Positions 10,772-21,570 of a DNA stretch of 64,000 bases are shown here, one piece after another. The stretch lies in NCBI RefSeq assembly GCF_905197185.1, contig NZ_CAJJXW010000001.1; one strand, given 5' to 3'. The stretch comes from an uncultured Megamonas sp. (GTDB lineage Bacteria; Bacillota; Negativicutes; Selenomonadales; Selenomonadaceae). Within the stretch, counting starts at the first letter, position 1. The number at the start of each line of letters is the position of its first letter. Under the pieces are notes generated by a model. That model did no database searches, had not been told where the DNA came from, and was given only the letters and a program-made list of their open reading frames with translations. The translations under genes were made by a program, and so were the position numbers.

Positions 10772-11651
10772 ATTGTTTAGCCTCTTTATATATATCTATT
10801 CTTTCATTTAGAGATTTTTTAAACTCTCTAGGTGTTTGTTTAAATATCTGTTTAAATGTTCTTGAAAAGGTGGAGTAATCTTTAAAACCACAATCAAAAC
10901 ATATCTGCGTTAAAGCTATTCCAGATTTAATCTTTTCTTTGGCAAATATTAAACGTTTATTTAATATATATTGATGAATACTGTAACCTGTTTTTAATTT
11001 AAATTTTCTCATTAAATAATATTTGCTTACAAAAAAGCGATTGGCTAAGTAATCAATATTTAATTCTGTAAATAAATGTTCATTTATATAGTCAATGACT
11101 GAGTTTATGGTTTTATCATAAGAAACTTTATGATAAATAGTTAAATTTTTATTATCATTGATGATAGCTCTATTTATTAAAATCATGAATTCCAAAAACT
11201 TTAAGTTATTATATAAATTATGGGCAAATCCTGTATCATTAGAAGATAGCTCTAAATTTTGTATCTGTTTTAAAATATCATTTTCATTAATATTATCCAA
11301 GTTCATAACGTATGAATTGTTATCTTGTGTGTATTTAAAACAAAAATCTAATTTATCATTGTTATCTGTTTGATTCTTTAAATAGTTAGGATTAATATAG
11401 ATGATAATGCGTTCATATGTTGTTGTATCATTGATTATTGGATAATGAATGCAATTATGGGGAACAAAGACGATATCATAAGGAAATAATTGATATGTTT
11501 GTCCTTCAATATTATATTTAACTTTACCACTTAAAAATAAAATTATTTTATCAAATTCATGATAATGAGCTTTGAATTCCATTTTATGGACATCTTTTAA
11601 ATGAAATAATTTAAAATAAGATGTTAAATAGCCTTTTTTTTGATATTCCAT
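10764..11651 (-). CDS. AraC-family transcriptional regulator (cupin + HTH)
   Basis: C-terminal AraC HTH (ICFDCGFKDYSTFSRTFK). RBS AGAGGGA sits before the internal ATG at 11651. Confidence 0.8.
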   Translation of the reverse strand: MEYQKKGYLTSYFKLFHLKDVHKMEFKAHYHEFDKIILFLSGKVKYNIEGQTYQLFPYDIVFVPHNCIHYPIINDTTTYERIIIYINPNYLKNQTDNNDKLDFCFKYTQDNNSYVMNLDNINENDILKQIQNLELSSNDTGFAHNLYNNLKFLEFMILINRAIINDNKNLTIYHKVSYDKTINSVIDYINEHLFTELNIDYLANRFFVSKYYLMRKFKLKTGYSIHQYILNKRLIFAKEKIKSGIALTQICFDCGFKDYSTFSRTFKQIFKQTPREFKKSLNERIDIYKEAKQYE

Positions 11652-11867
11652 AGCTATCCCTCTTTTCATAAATTATACTATACTTTATCTAAAACTTTTT
11701 GGCAAAAATTTTTTTGTCAACTGTTAAATTATAGAGCATTTTTTGCAATATTTTTTGCATTTATCATATAGTATTTGTTATATCTATAATATATAATATA
11801 GTCAATTTGAAGATATGCAATAAATATTCTGAGTATAGATGATTAATTATTTTAAGGAGTGGAAATA

Positions 11868-12218
11868 ATGTCATTAGTAATGAAAAAATATAAATATAAT
11901 CATAAAAATTATTTAGTATATGAAAGAAATCTTTTAGATAGAGAATTCACTACAAGCGAATGGCAGATGATTTGCGATAATAATTTAGGTATTGGAGCGG
12001 ATTTTATAATTGAAATAATCAATACACAAGTGTTCGTCTATAATATGTATGGTCAAAAAATTAAATTAAATAAAGATGTAGAATTTGTAATAGATTATCA
12101 TGAAGAAAAATCAGCTGATATGCAAAAGATGATTACTCGTAATATTGAAGTTCGTTTTACAAATTATTATATTAATAAATTAGCAAATGTAGTGATAAAA
12201 AAAGCTAATATTGCATGA
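11868..12218 (+). CDS. hypothetical protein
   Basis: ORF with GGAGTGG RBS followed by a rho-independent terminator at 12241-12270. No family recognised. Confidence 0.5.
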   Translation: MSLVMKKYKYNHKNYLVYERNLLDREFTTSEWQMICDNNLGIGADFIIEIINTQVFVYNMYGQKIKLNKDVEFVIDYHEEKSADMQKMITRNIEVRFTNYYINKLANVVIKKANIA

Positions 12219-12240
12219 ATTGATAAATAGAATATATGAA

Positions 12241-12270
12241 AGCATAGTGATAAATCGCTATGCTTTTTTT
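12241..12270 (+). terminator. rho-independent terminator
   Basis: agcatagtgataaatcgctatgct stem followed by a T-run. Confidence 0.7.
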
Positions 12271-12343
12271 ATTGCTAAGCTATAAAATTAATAAAATTTA
12301 TTCTATAATATAGACAAAATAAAAAATAAGGAGATAAAAATAA

Positions 12344-12724
12344 ATGAAGAATATATCTTTAGAAGAAAGATTTTTATCTACAAAAGGTCGAATTAATCGA
12401 AAAATATTTATTTTATATGCAATATCTTTTATTTTATTTTGTTTGTTTTTAATTATACCAACATTATTAATCGTTATCAGCACAACAGATGAAACCATAG
12501 TAGATATCAGTGCAAGTATCGTTTCTACATTGATAGAATTGGCATTATTACCAAGTTTGTTTTTGGGAATTAAGCGATTACATGATTTAGATAAATCGGC
12601 TGTTTGGATAGTTTTATATGTAATTCCCCTAATAAATATATTATTTTTCATCTATTTGTGTTTACGAAGAGGAACCATTGGTGATAATAAATATGGTAAG
12701 GACCCTCTGACATTAGATTTGTGA
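12344..12724 (+). CDS. DUF805-family inner-membrane protein (paralog 1)
   Basis: N-terminal GRINRKxF and RLHD motifs with multiple TMs. Confidence 0.75.
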   Translation: MKNISLEERFLSTKGRINRKIFILYAISFILFCLFLIIPTLLIVISTTDETIVDISASIVSTLIELALLPSLFLGIKRLHDLDKSAVWIVLYVIPLINILFFIYLCLRRGTIGDNKYGKDPLTLDL

Positions 12725-12735
12725 GGAGATTTTTT

Positions 12736-13176
12736 ATGGATTTAGAAGAAAAATATTTTTCTACAGAAGGTAGATTAAATAGAAAACCATTTATTCAGTA
12801 TATAATTTTTTTAATCATCATGCTATTGGCTTTTATAGGTATTATTACCATATTGGGATTGGCAAGTGCTATATCTATTGCTATTTTAAGTGAAAATATC
12901 AATGATTTAAATTTATTAACACAGGTAGAGATAATTCCTATTGTATTAGCTGGTATAGTTTCGATAATATTGATCATATTATTTTTACCACTTAATTTTT
13001 TGATGATACGTCGTCTGCATGATTTGAATTTTAGTGGTTGGTGGATAATATTTCCTATTGTTTTTCCTTGTGGTTATTTTATTTTTATTTTATATTTAAT
13101 TTTGGCTAAAGGTACAAAGGGTTTTAATAAATACGGTGATGATCCTTTAGAGATGACAAAAAGCAGTAATGTTTAA
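12736..13176 (+). CDS. DUF805-family inner-membrane protein (paralog 2)
   Basis: Same EKYFSTEGRLNRKPF...RRLHDLNFSGWW signature. Tandem duplicate. GAGGAG RBS before ATG 12736. Confidence 0.75.
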   Translation: MDLEEKYFSTEGRLNRKPFIQYIIFLIIMLLAFIGIITILGLASAISIAILSENINDLNLLTQVEIIPIVLAGIVSIILIILFLPLNFLMIRRLHDLNFSGWWIIFPIVFPCGYFIFILYLILAKGTKGFNKYGDDPLEMTKSSNV

Positions 13177-13209
13177 ATACATTACTGCTTTTTTATAATT
13201 GAAATGATA

Positions 13210-14382
13210 TTATTCAACTAAATCAATATTCACATCTGGATTTACATCTGCATCATAATCTACATTATCAAAACCAAAACCAAAGAGGTTATAGAAGTCA
13301 TTCCAATAACCTTCTACATCAGCATATTGAGATAAATTTTCAGTAGTTACTTTATTCCAATAATCAAAAATAGTATTTTGTACATCGTCTCTCATTTCTA
13401 AATCATCAATACGGATACGATGTTCATCATCTACTTTTGGTTGTGGTTGAGAGAGGTATTCATGCCATAAACGATACATTTGTTCAATAGTACCTTCATG
13501 AACATTTTTATCTTTCATTACGCGATACATTACCGCCACATATAAAGGAACAATAGGAATAGCAGAGCTAGACTGTGTTACTAAAGCTTTATTTACAGAT
13601 ATAATAGCTTTAAAGCCTTCTTGACGTAAAGTGTCAGCTGTTTTATAAAGATGTTGTTTAGCTGCACCGATAGTACCTTCATAATATATTGGATATGTAA
13701 TTTTAGAACCAATATAAGAATATGCTACAGTACAAGCATCATCAGTCAATACATCAGCAGCTTTTAAAGCGTGCATCCAATCAGCCCAATCTTCGCCACC
13801 CATAACTTTAATAGTAGCTTCTACTTCTTCAGGAGTAGCTGGAGGCAAAGTAGCTTCAGTTAATTCATTTGTTTTTAAATTTAAAGTTTTAGCAGTGAAA
13901 GGTTCATCAACAGTTTTTAATACGGAAGAATACATTGTTCCATCAGCTGTTGTACGACGAGGAGCAGCTAAGGAATAAACAACCATGTCAATTTTACCTA
14001 AATCTTTTTTTATAAGTTCAATAGTTTTTTCTTTAATAGCTTGAGAGAAAGCATCACCATTTATTGTTTTAGCATAATAGCCATCGTTTTTAGCGAATTC
14101 TTCAAATGCAGCTGTATTATACCAACCAGCTGTTGCAGTTCTTTTGCCATGTGCTGGTTTATCAAAGATAACTCCAATTGTAGAAGCTCCACTAGCATAA
14201 GTTGCACAGATACGAGAAGCTAAACCATAACCTGTAGAGGCACCTAATACTAATACTCGTTTACCAAGTTCAACCTTAGGCTGACTTTTTACATATTCGA
14301 TTTGACGGCGTACATTTTCTTTACAGCCTTCTGGATGAGAAGTTAAACAGATAAAATCTTTTACTCTTGGCTTGATAATCAT
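13210..14382 (-). CDS. fabV: trans-2-enoyl-CoA (enoyl-ACP) reductase FabV
   Basis: 390 aa with the MIIKPRVKDFICLTSHPEGC N-terminus and the overall signature of the FabV/TER family. Confidence 0.88.
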   Translation of the reverse strand: MIIKPRVKDFICLTSHPEGCKENVRRQIEYVKSQPKVELGKRVLVLGASTGYGLASRICATYASGASTIGVIFDKPAHGKRTATAGWYNTAAFEEFAKNDGYYAKTINGDAFSQAIKEKTIELIKKDLGKIDMVVYSLAAPRRTTADGTMYSSVLKTVDEPFTAKTLNLKTNELTEATLPPATPEEVEATIKVMGGEDWADWMHALKAADVLTDDACTVAYSYIGSKITYPIYYEGTIGAAKQHLYKTADTLRQEGFKAIISVNKALVTQSSSAIPIVPLYVAVMYRVMKDKNVHEGTIEQMYRLWHEYLSQPQPKVDDEHRIRIDDLEMRDDVQNTIFDYWNKVTTENLSQYADVEGYWNDFYNLFGFGFDNVDYDADVNPDVNIDLVE

Positions 14383-14652
14383 AAAATATTCTCCTTTACT
14401 TAGTTATCGCTAAGTTTTATATCATATTATCTTAATTAATATATATGGTTATTAATTTGAATAATAATAATATAAATATATATATTATTTATATTATACA
14501 ACTTAGAGTCAATAATCACAAATAATATTTAGATTAAAAATAGATTAATAAAATTATAGTGTATACCAATAAATTTATATTTTATAATTTATTTAATTGC
14601 AAAATAATATGGTATTGCTAAAATCAGCAATACCATATAAAAATTAATAGAT

Positions 14653-15447
14653 TTAATTTTCGTTTTGATTAACAATAATATCATTTTTGTTTACAGATAT
14701 TTCATCATTGATTTTCAAATAAATCGGTGAGAAAATACTAGTCTGATAAACATTTATACGTTTTATTTTGATTAATTCCAACATAGCTAAAAAAGTAGTG
14801 ATTAACTCAGATTTAGAAATCTTATGCTCACTATATTGAAATACAGTGTTAAAACATATATTTCCGCCATGCTGTTTGAGTAAAGCCAACAATTCAATAA
14901 TTTTATCTTCAATAGTATATTGTTCACGAGAAACATTCGCTATAATTGGCTCATGTTCAATTTGACTTTCCAATACATTTTGAAATGCTTGATATAAAAG
15001 ACTTATATCAAGACCTTTGGGTGGTATATGTTTTGTAGGTAAATTAGTGGCATCACGAAAAAAACGTTTTCCCGCTTCATCTGCCATTTCACCTAGAATA
15101 CTACTGACTTCTTTATAACGACGATATTCCAATAATCTTTCTACTAATTCTTTTCGTGGATCAATATCATCAGTATCATCTTCTGTTACTTCTTCAGTTT
15201 TTGTATCAGGTAATAAAATTTTGGATTTGATTTGTAATAATGTAGCTGCCATGACTAAAAATTCACTAGCTATTTCAATATTAAACTCTTTGAATTTAGC
15301 AAGATACTCCATATATTGTTCTGTCAATAAAGCAATGGGAATATCATAAATATCAATGCGATTTTTTTCAATTAAATGCAATAATAAATCTAATGGCCCT
15401 TCAAAAGATTCTAAATGAACCTTATATTGTTCTTGTTGCATATACAA
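14653..15447 (-). CDS. scpA: segregation and condensation protein A
   Basis: LESFEGPLDLLLHLIEKNRIDIYDIPI ScpA N-terminal motif. Confidence 0.88.
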   Translation of the reverse strand: MYMQQEQYKVHLESFEGPLDLLLHLIEKNRIDIYDIPIALLTEQYMEYLAKFKEFNIEIASEFLVMAATLLQIKSKILLPDTKTEEVTEDDTDDIDPRKELVERLLEYRRYKEVSSILGEMADEAGKRFFRDATNLPTKHIPPKGLDISLLYQAFQNVLESQIEHEPIIANVSREQYTIEDKIIELLALLKQHGGNICFNTVFQYSEHKISKSELITTFLAMLELIKIKRINVYQTSIFSPIYLKINDEISVNKNDIIVNQNEN

Positions 15448-15459
15448 TAATATTTAAAA

Positions 15460-16086
15460 TCAAATAATAATAGAAATAACAAGATTTAAAATTCCTATAA
15501 TAAAATTACTAATAGGGTGAATAATAAATCCTAGTATTCCAGTAAATACAAGAGCAATTAGAATTAAAAAACTATAACGATTGATTACAGAAGTCTGATA
15601 TTTATACGCTAATCTACCTGGTAATAATGAAGATAATACTTTTGAACCATCAAGTGGTGGAATTGGCACTAAATTAAAAATAGCAAAATTTACATTATAA
15701 ATAATGATTAATTGCAGTACCATGATAAGCCAATGAGGTGCAAAACTATATTTAAAACAAAGAGCAAAAAATATTGAAGCGACAAAAGCTGTGATTAAAT
15801 TAGCTACTGGTCCTGCTAAGGAAACCTGCATTTCACCTTTACGCCAATCATCAAAATTATTTAAATTAATTGGTACAGGCTTTGCCCAACCTATTTGAGC
15901 GAAAAATAACATAATCAAGCCGATAGGATCAATATGAGCTACAGGATTTAAAGTTAATCTTCCATTCATACGAGGAGTAAAATCCCCTAAATTATCAGCT
16001 ACTTTAGCATGAGCATATTCATGGACAGTCAATGCAATCAGCAAACCTGGAATTGCATAAATCATATCTGGACCAAAACCAAACAT
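15460..16086 (-). CDS. site-2 protease family zinc metalloprotease (peptidase M50)
   Basis: HEYAHA zinc-binding motif in a polytopic membrane protein, with a downstream LDG motif. Confidence 0.8.
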   Translation of the reverse strand: MFGFGPDMIYAIPGLLIALTVHEYAHAKVADNLGDFTPRMNGRLTLNPVAHIDPIGLIMLFFAQIGWAKPVPINLNNFDDWRKGEMQVSLAGPVANLITAFVASIFFALCFKYSFAPHWLIMVLQLIIIYNVNFAIFNLVPIPPLDGSKVLSSLLPGRLAYKYQTSVINRYSFLILIALVFTGILGFIIHPISNFIIGILNLVISIII

Positions 16087-16124
16087 TAAATACCTCCTAA
16101 ATCTTTAAATAACAAGTAAAAAAA

Positions 16125-16670
16125 TTATTGTTTACACAATTTTTCTGCCATTAAAATAGCAACAACAGACTTAGCATCAAAGATTTCACCTTTATTGACT
16201 AAATCCACAGCTTCATTTAATGGCATTTCTACTAAATTTATAAATTCATCATCATCAGTATGTTGTTTACCTTTTATTAAATCTTGAGCTAAATAAATAT
16301 AAATCCATTCATTAGAAAAACCAACAGTAGTAGCTAATTTATGAATTTGTGTGTATTTATTAGCAGTATAACCTGTTTCTTCGGATAATTCACGTTTAGC
16401 ACAAATTAATGGATCTTCATCCACACTATCTAATTTACCAGCAGGAATTTCTAAAGTCACTTTGCCGATAGGATAACGATATTGACGCACTAAAATAATA
16501 TTACCATTTGGCAATACAGGAATAACAGCAGAAGCACCTTGATGTTTAATCCATTCACGAACAGCCTTATTACCATTTGGCAATTTTACATAATCGCGTT
16601 TTACATGAAGTAATACCCCATCAAAAATATCTTCGGAAGAAACTTTTTCTTCAATTAAATCTTCATACAT
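16125..16670 (-). CDS. NUDIX hydrolase (ADP-ribose pyrophosphatase-like)
   Basis: Nudix box GKLDSVDEDPLICAKRELSEETGY. Confidence 0.82.
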   Translation of the reverse strand: MYEDLIEEKVSSEDIFDGVLLHVKRDYVKLPNGNKAVREWIKHQGASAVIPVLPNGNIILVRQYRYPIGKVTLEIPAGKLDSVDEDPLICAKRELSEETGYTANKYTQIHKLATTVGFSNEWIYIYLAQDLIKGKQHTDDDEFINLVEMPLNEAVDLVNKGEIFDAKSVVAILMAEKLCKQ

Positions 16671-16984
16671 GAAAATCCCTCACTTATATAAAATATTATC
16701 TACAATTATAAATTTATATTCATAATTATATCATCTATAAAAACAATAAGCTATGAGAAAAATAATACACAAAAGTATCTTGTAAATAGATTTTTTATGG
16801 CTTAAATTTTTAATAATTTTTATAAACCCGCCATTTAATTAACAACTTTACAATATTTATACAAAATCTATAAGGTTTTAAAATTTTTAGCAATAATAAA
16901 ATTAATGAAATTTATCATAATATAATTGACAAAGATTATCACTAATGATAACATAAAACATAAGTAATAAAATATAGATAGAAT

Positions 16985-17237
16985 AGGTGTCTATATAGAC
17001 TTAATAGGGAATTCGGTACAAGCCGAAGCGGTCCTGCCACTGTAAAGACGAGCAATTTCACAATTATGTCACTGAGATAAATTATCTTCTTGGGAAGGCG
17101 TGAATAGTTATGACTCTGAGCCAGGAGAACTGCCTATTTAATAATCACCGTTATTACCTGCGAGCGATGGGAAGGCGATTTTGTACGAATATAAATTTGT
17201 ATAATACTGCCTAATTCTGCGGAATTAGGTTTTTTTA
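16985..17237 (+). promoter_or_regulatory. cobalamin (B12) riboswitch with intrinsic terminator
   Basis: Conserved elements AGGGAA ... GGT ... GCCACTG (B12 box at 17036-17042) are present. Followed by the terminator hairpin cctaattc-tgcg-gaattagg-T7 (17210-17237). Lies upstream of the ABC transporter operon. Confidence 0.75.
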
Positions 17238-17264
17238 TTATATCTTATATTTGTATATAATCAT

Positions 17265-17300
17265 AAAAAAGTCTGCTTGCTAAAGCAGACTTTTTTATTT
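17265..17300 (+). terminator. second rho-independent hairpin in the riboswitch leader
   Basis: aaaaaagtctgcttgc-taa-agcagac-tttttt. Confidence 0.65.
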
Positions 17301-17389
17301 AGAAGATAAACAAAAAATAAAGAAAGGGGCTTGAAGATAATCTACTTAAAGAAATAAATGAAATATAAATATAAAGGAGGCTTTTTATT

Positions 17390-18322
17390 TTGAAACGATT
17401 AATAAATCGTTTAATTCAATTACTAATTACCTTAATTGGAGTCAGTTTTTTAACATTTTGTTTAACTTATTTATCACCTGGTGATCCAGCCACTATGCTC
17501 TTAGAAGCATCAGATACTATTGTTTCTCAAGAAATAATCGAGCAAACTCGTGAAGAAATGGGACTTAATGATCCATTTCTTGTACAATACGGCAATTGGC
17601 TTTTAGGTGTAGTGCAAGGTGATATGGGAATTTCTTATTCAGCTAAAAAACCTGTTATGGATAAATTAATGGAAGGTTTTACAGGAACTGTTTTATTAGC
17701 ATTAACTACAATTATTTTTATTATGGTTATTTCCATTCCTTTAGGAATTTTTTCTGCTACACATCGCAATAAAATTCCTGATTTTTTCGTGAGAATATTT
17801 TCTTTTATTGGTGTATCTATGCCAAGCTTTTGGGTGGGATTGATTTTATTATATATCTTTGGCTTGAAATTAGGTTTAGTTCCCATTGCTACAGCAAAGG
17901 TCAGTTTTTCAGGTTTGATATTGCCCGCACTTACTTTAGCTATTTATCAATCGGCAAAATATACTAGGCAAGTGCGTACCGTTATTTTAGATGAATTACA
18001 TCAAGATTATGTAATTGGTGCTAGAGCTAGAGGATTATCTGAAAAAGCTATTTTAGGGAAACATATTTTACCTAATGCCATTTTACCTTTAATAACTTTA
18101 CTAGGTATGTCCATTGGTTGGTTATTAGGTGGCGTTGCTGTTATTGAGACTGTTTTTTCCTGGCCAGGTATAGGCAAAATGGCAGTTCAAGCGATTACCA
18201 TGCGTGATTATCCATTAATTGAAGGAATTGTTTTATGGATTGCTACAGCATATACAGTAATTAATTTTTTAGTGGATTTATCTTATAGTTATCTCGATCC
18301 AAGAATAAAAAAGGAGAATTGA
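17390..18322 (+). CDS. ABC transporter permease, Opp/Dpp/Nik family (B subunit)
   Basis: Six-TM BPD_transp_1 permease of OppB/NikB type. Confidence 0.85.
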   Translation: MKRLINRLIQLLITLIGVSFLTFCLTYLSPGDPATMLLEASDTIVSQEIIEQTREEMGLNDPFLVQYGNWLLGVVQGDMGISYSAKKPVMDKLMEGFTGTVLLALTTIIFIMVISIPLGIFSATHRNKIPDFFVRIFSFIGVSMPSFWVGLILLYIFGLKLGLVPIATAKVSFSGLILPALTLAIYQSAKYTRQVRTVILDELHQDYVIGARARGLSEKAILGKHILPNAILPLITLLGMSIGWLLGGVAVIETVFSWPGIGKMAVQAITMRDYPLIEGIVLWIATAYTVINFLVDLSYSYLDPRIKKEN

Positions 18323-18328
18323 TACCAT

Positions 18329-19150
18329 ATGATTTTTAAATTTATAAAACAAAATAAATTATTCTCCATATATTCTTTTTTAGTTATTTTAATAATCTGC
18401 ATTGCTGTATTAGCACCAGTTTTAGTGCCTCATGATCCTTATGAAGCCAATATGTTGAAAGCATTACAAATGCCAAATAATGAATATATTTTAGGTACAG
18501 ATAAATTAGGCAGAGATATTTTTTCACGCATAATCTATGGTATGCAAATATCGTTATTTATGACAATTTGCATTGTGATTTTGACGGCAACTATAGGTTC
18601 AATCATAGGTATAATTGCTGGTTATTTTGGCGGTAAAAGCGAAATCATTTTAATGCGTTTGGCAGATATTATGCTTTCTTTTCCAGGAATTATTCTAGCT
18701 ATCGCTATAGCTGGCATCATGGGTGGAAGTATTATAAATACGATTTTCGCCTTAGTCGTCGTGAGTTGGGCAAAATATGCTCGCTTAGTACGAAGCTTAG
18801 TCATAAAATTAAAAAATAATGATTTTATCATCGCTAGTAAAACTAGTGGAGCAACTACATTTACAATTATTTATCATCATTTGCTACCTAATATTTTACC
18901 ATTGATAGTGATTACAGGAGCTATGGATATTGGCACTATGATGATGGAAATAGCAGGATTATCTTTTTTAGGTTTTGGAGCTCAACCACCTACACCAGAA
19001 TGGGGATTAATGCTCAATGAAGGTCGACAATATATCCAAACTGCCCCATGGTTGATGATTTATCCAGGGTTAGCTATTTTTATAGTAGTAGCTATATTTA
19101 ATCTTTGGGGAGATAGCTTACGTGATATTTTAGACCCTAGACAAGATTGA
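18329..19150 (+). CDS. ABC transporter permease, Opp/Dpp/Nik family (C subunit)
   Basis: OppC/NikC-like permease. AAGGAGA RBS. Confidence 0.85.
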   Translation: MIFKFIKQNKLFSIYSFLVILIICIAVLAPVLVPHDPYEANMLKALQMPNNEYILGTDKLGRDIFSRIIYGMQISLFMTICIVILTATIGSIIGIIAGYFGGKSEIILMRLADIMLSFPGIILAIAIAGIMGGSIINTIFALVVVSWAKYARLVRSLVIKLKNNDFIIASKTSGATTFTIIYHHLLPNILPLIVITGAMDIGTMMMEIAGLSFLGFGAQPPTPEWGLMLNEGRQYIQTAPWLMIYPGLAIFIVVAIFNLWGDSLRDILDPRQD

Positions 19151-19181
19151 TAAATTTTATTGATAAGAAAAGAGGCTGAAT

Positions 19182-20765
19182 ATGAAACATTTTAGAATGA
19201 AAAAATTATGGAAGGCTATTAGTTTAAGTCTATGTGGTATATTGACCGCAGGTATAATAGCTGGTTGTGGCTCTGAAAATACAGTAGATAAAACTACTTT
19301 GAAATTTGGAGTTACAAATTTTGCAGATACTTTAGAGCCAACACAAAATTATTTTGGTTGGGTTGTGATGCGTTATGCTATTGGTGAATGTTTAACTAAA
19401 TTTGATGAAAAAATGGAAATACAGCCATGGCTTGCGGAAAGTTGGTCTATTAGTGATGACCATTTAACATGGACTTTTAAAATCCGTGATGATGTAAAAT
19501 TTTCTAATGGCAATCTAGTAACAGCTGAAGCTGTAAAAAAATCTATTGAACGTGCTTTTACTAAAAATACCAGAGCAAAAACTTTCTTTGAATACACAGA
19601 AATGAAAGCTGATGGTCAAAATCTAATAATCACAACAAGCAAACCTCAACCTAATATGATTGGATTTTTAGCTGATCCCTTATTTATTATTGTAGATGTT
19701 ACAGCTGAAGAGCAAGGTCGAGATTTTGCCAAAGAAGGGCCGATTTGTACAGGTCCATATAAAGTAGAGTCTTTTGTTAAAGAAAAAGCTGTAATGGTGA
19801 AAAATGAATATTATTGGGATGGTGAAGTTCCTTTTGAGCGTGTAGAAATACCATCTATTGATGATCCTAATACTCGTGCTATGGCACTACAATCAGGTGA
19901 AGTTAATTTTGCTGTAAATATTGCTCCTGGAGATATAGATTTATTTAGAAATAATGATAATTTCTATATCGATGAAATTTCTTCTTTACGTACAGTACTT
20001 GCTCGCATTAATCAAAAAGGCATTTTAGGTGATGATAAAGTTCGTGCTGCCTTGATTTCTGCTTGTGATCGAGAAAATTATAATAATGTATTGTTAAAAG
20101 GTACATTTATTCCAGGTAAAGCACCAATACCGCCATCCATGGACTATGGCTTTGATGAGTTGACAGATCCAAATGCATATAATAAAGAAAGAGCTAAACA
20201 ATTACTAGCTGAAGCTGGTTGGAAAGACACTGATGGAGATGGTATTTTAGATAAAGATGGCAAAGATTTAAGCCTTGATTTTGTCGTATATAATAGCCGT
20301 GCAGAGCTTCCTTTATACGCTGAAGCTGTACAAGCTGATGCTAAAAAAGTAGGAATTAATATAAATATAAAAAGTGTAGATTATAACCTTATTGATAAAA
20401 TGGGCATTGATGGCGATTATGATTTACTCATCTCTAATATTACAACTGCTAATACTGGAGACCCTGAAATTTATTTAAGTTGGTATTGGAAAACTAATGT
20501 AAATGGAGATAATCCACAAAATGGCTCAGGATATAGTAACCATGAATATGATGAGATTTTAAATCAATTATCTGTCGAATTTGATAAAGAAAAACGTCGT
20601 CAATTAATCATAAAAGCACAACAAATCTTATTAAATGATGGTGCTGCATTATTCTTAGGTTATCCACAGACTAATATTATCAGCACTAAAGGCTTAGATG
20701 GTGTAGTCATGTATCCATCAGATTATTATTGGCTTACTAATAAAATAAAACCAGCTAAAGCATAA
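19182..20765 (+). CDS. ABC transporter substrate-binding lipoprotein, SBP family 5 (NikA/OppA-like)
   Basis: Lipobox LTAGIIAGC and a 527-aa family-5 SBP architecture. Confidence 0.85.
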   Translation: MKHFRMKKLWKAISLSLCGILTAGIIAGCGSENTVDKTTLKFGVTNFADTLEPTQNYFGWVVMRYAIGECLTKFDEKMEIQPWLAESWSISDDHLTWTFKIRDDVKFSNGNLVTAEAVKKSIERAFTKNTRAKTFFEYTEMKADGQNLIITTSKPQPNMIGFLADPLFIIVDVTAEEQGRDFAKEGPICTGPYKVESFVKEKAVMVKNEYYWDGEVPFERVEIPSIDDPNTRAMALQSGEVNFAVNIAPGDIDLFRNNDNFYIDEISSLRTVLARINQKGILGDDKVRAALISACDRENYNNVLLKGTFIPGKAPIPPSMDYGFDELTDPNAYNKERAKQLLAEAGWKDTDGDGILDKDGKDLSLDFVVYNSRAELPLYAEAVQADAKKVGININIKSVDYNLIDKMGIDGDYDLLISNITTANTGDPEIYLSWYWKTNVNGDNPQNGSGYSNHEYDEILNQLSVEFDKEKRRQLIIKAQQILLNDGAALFLGYPQTNIISTKGLDGVVMYPSDYYWLTNKIKPAKA

Positions 20766-20778
20766 AAGGGGTAAATTA

Positions 20779-21570
20779 ATGTTACTTGATGTATCTAATT
20801 TAACTATTCAATATAGCAAAAATATAGAAGCTACAGTTAAAGATATTAATTTTTCTTTGGATAGAGGAGAAATTTTGACCATAGTTGGAGAGTCTGGCTG
20901 TGGTAAAACCACAGTGATTAGAGCCATATTAGGTTGTTTGCCTAATAGCGGAAAGGTTAGAAACGGAAAAATTCTTTTTGAAAATCAAGATTTATTGAAA
21001 TACAACCATAAAGATTGGCTCTCTTTAAGAGGAAAACATATTGCTATGATTTTCCAAGATAGTGGTAATATGTTAAATCCTATCCAAACTATTGGTAAAC
21101 AATTTATAGAATATCTACAAATTCACGATGATCTTACTAAAAAAGAAGCATATTCTTTTGCTGTAGAAATGCTTACTCGTATGAATTTGCCTAATCCTGA
21201 AAATATCATGAAATCATATCCATTTGAATTATCTGGTGGTATGCGTCAGCGTGTTGGTATTGCTATGGCTATTATTTTTAGACCAGAGTTATTGCTTGCT
21301 GATGAACCTACTTCAGCTTTAGATGTTACCACTCAAGCACAAATAGTCAAAGAATTAATGGAGATTCCTCGCACTTGTGGTACAGCAATGATTGTAGTAA
21401 CTCATAATATCGGTGTGGCGGCTTATATGTCAGATAAAATTATGGTAATGAAACAAGGCAAAGTTGTAGAATATGGTAAAGCCGAAGATATAATTAATTC
21501 ACCACAGGCAGAATATACTAAAACTTTACTTGCTTCAGTTCCACAAATAGGAGGACAGCGCTATGTCTAA
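20779..21570 (+). CDS. ABC transporter ATP-binding protein (D subunit)
   Basis: Walker A GESGCGKTT and ABC signature LSGGMRQR. Confidence 0.88.
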   Translation: MLLDVSNLTIQYSKNIEATVKDINFSLDRGEILTIVGESGCGKTTVIRAILGCLPNSGKVRNGKILFENQDLLKYNHKDWLSLRGKHIAMIFQDSGNMLNPIQTIGKQFIEYLQIHDDLTKKEAYSFAVEMLTRMNLPNPENIMKSYPFELSGGMRQRVGIAMAIIFRPELLLADEPTSALDVTTQAQIVKELMEIPRTCGTAMIVVTHNIGVAAYMSDKIMVMKQGKVVEYGKAEDIINSPQAEYTKTLLASVPQIGGQRYV

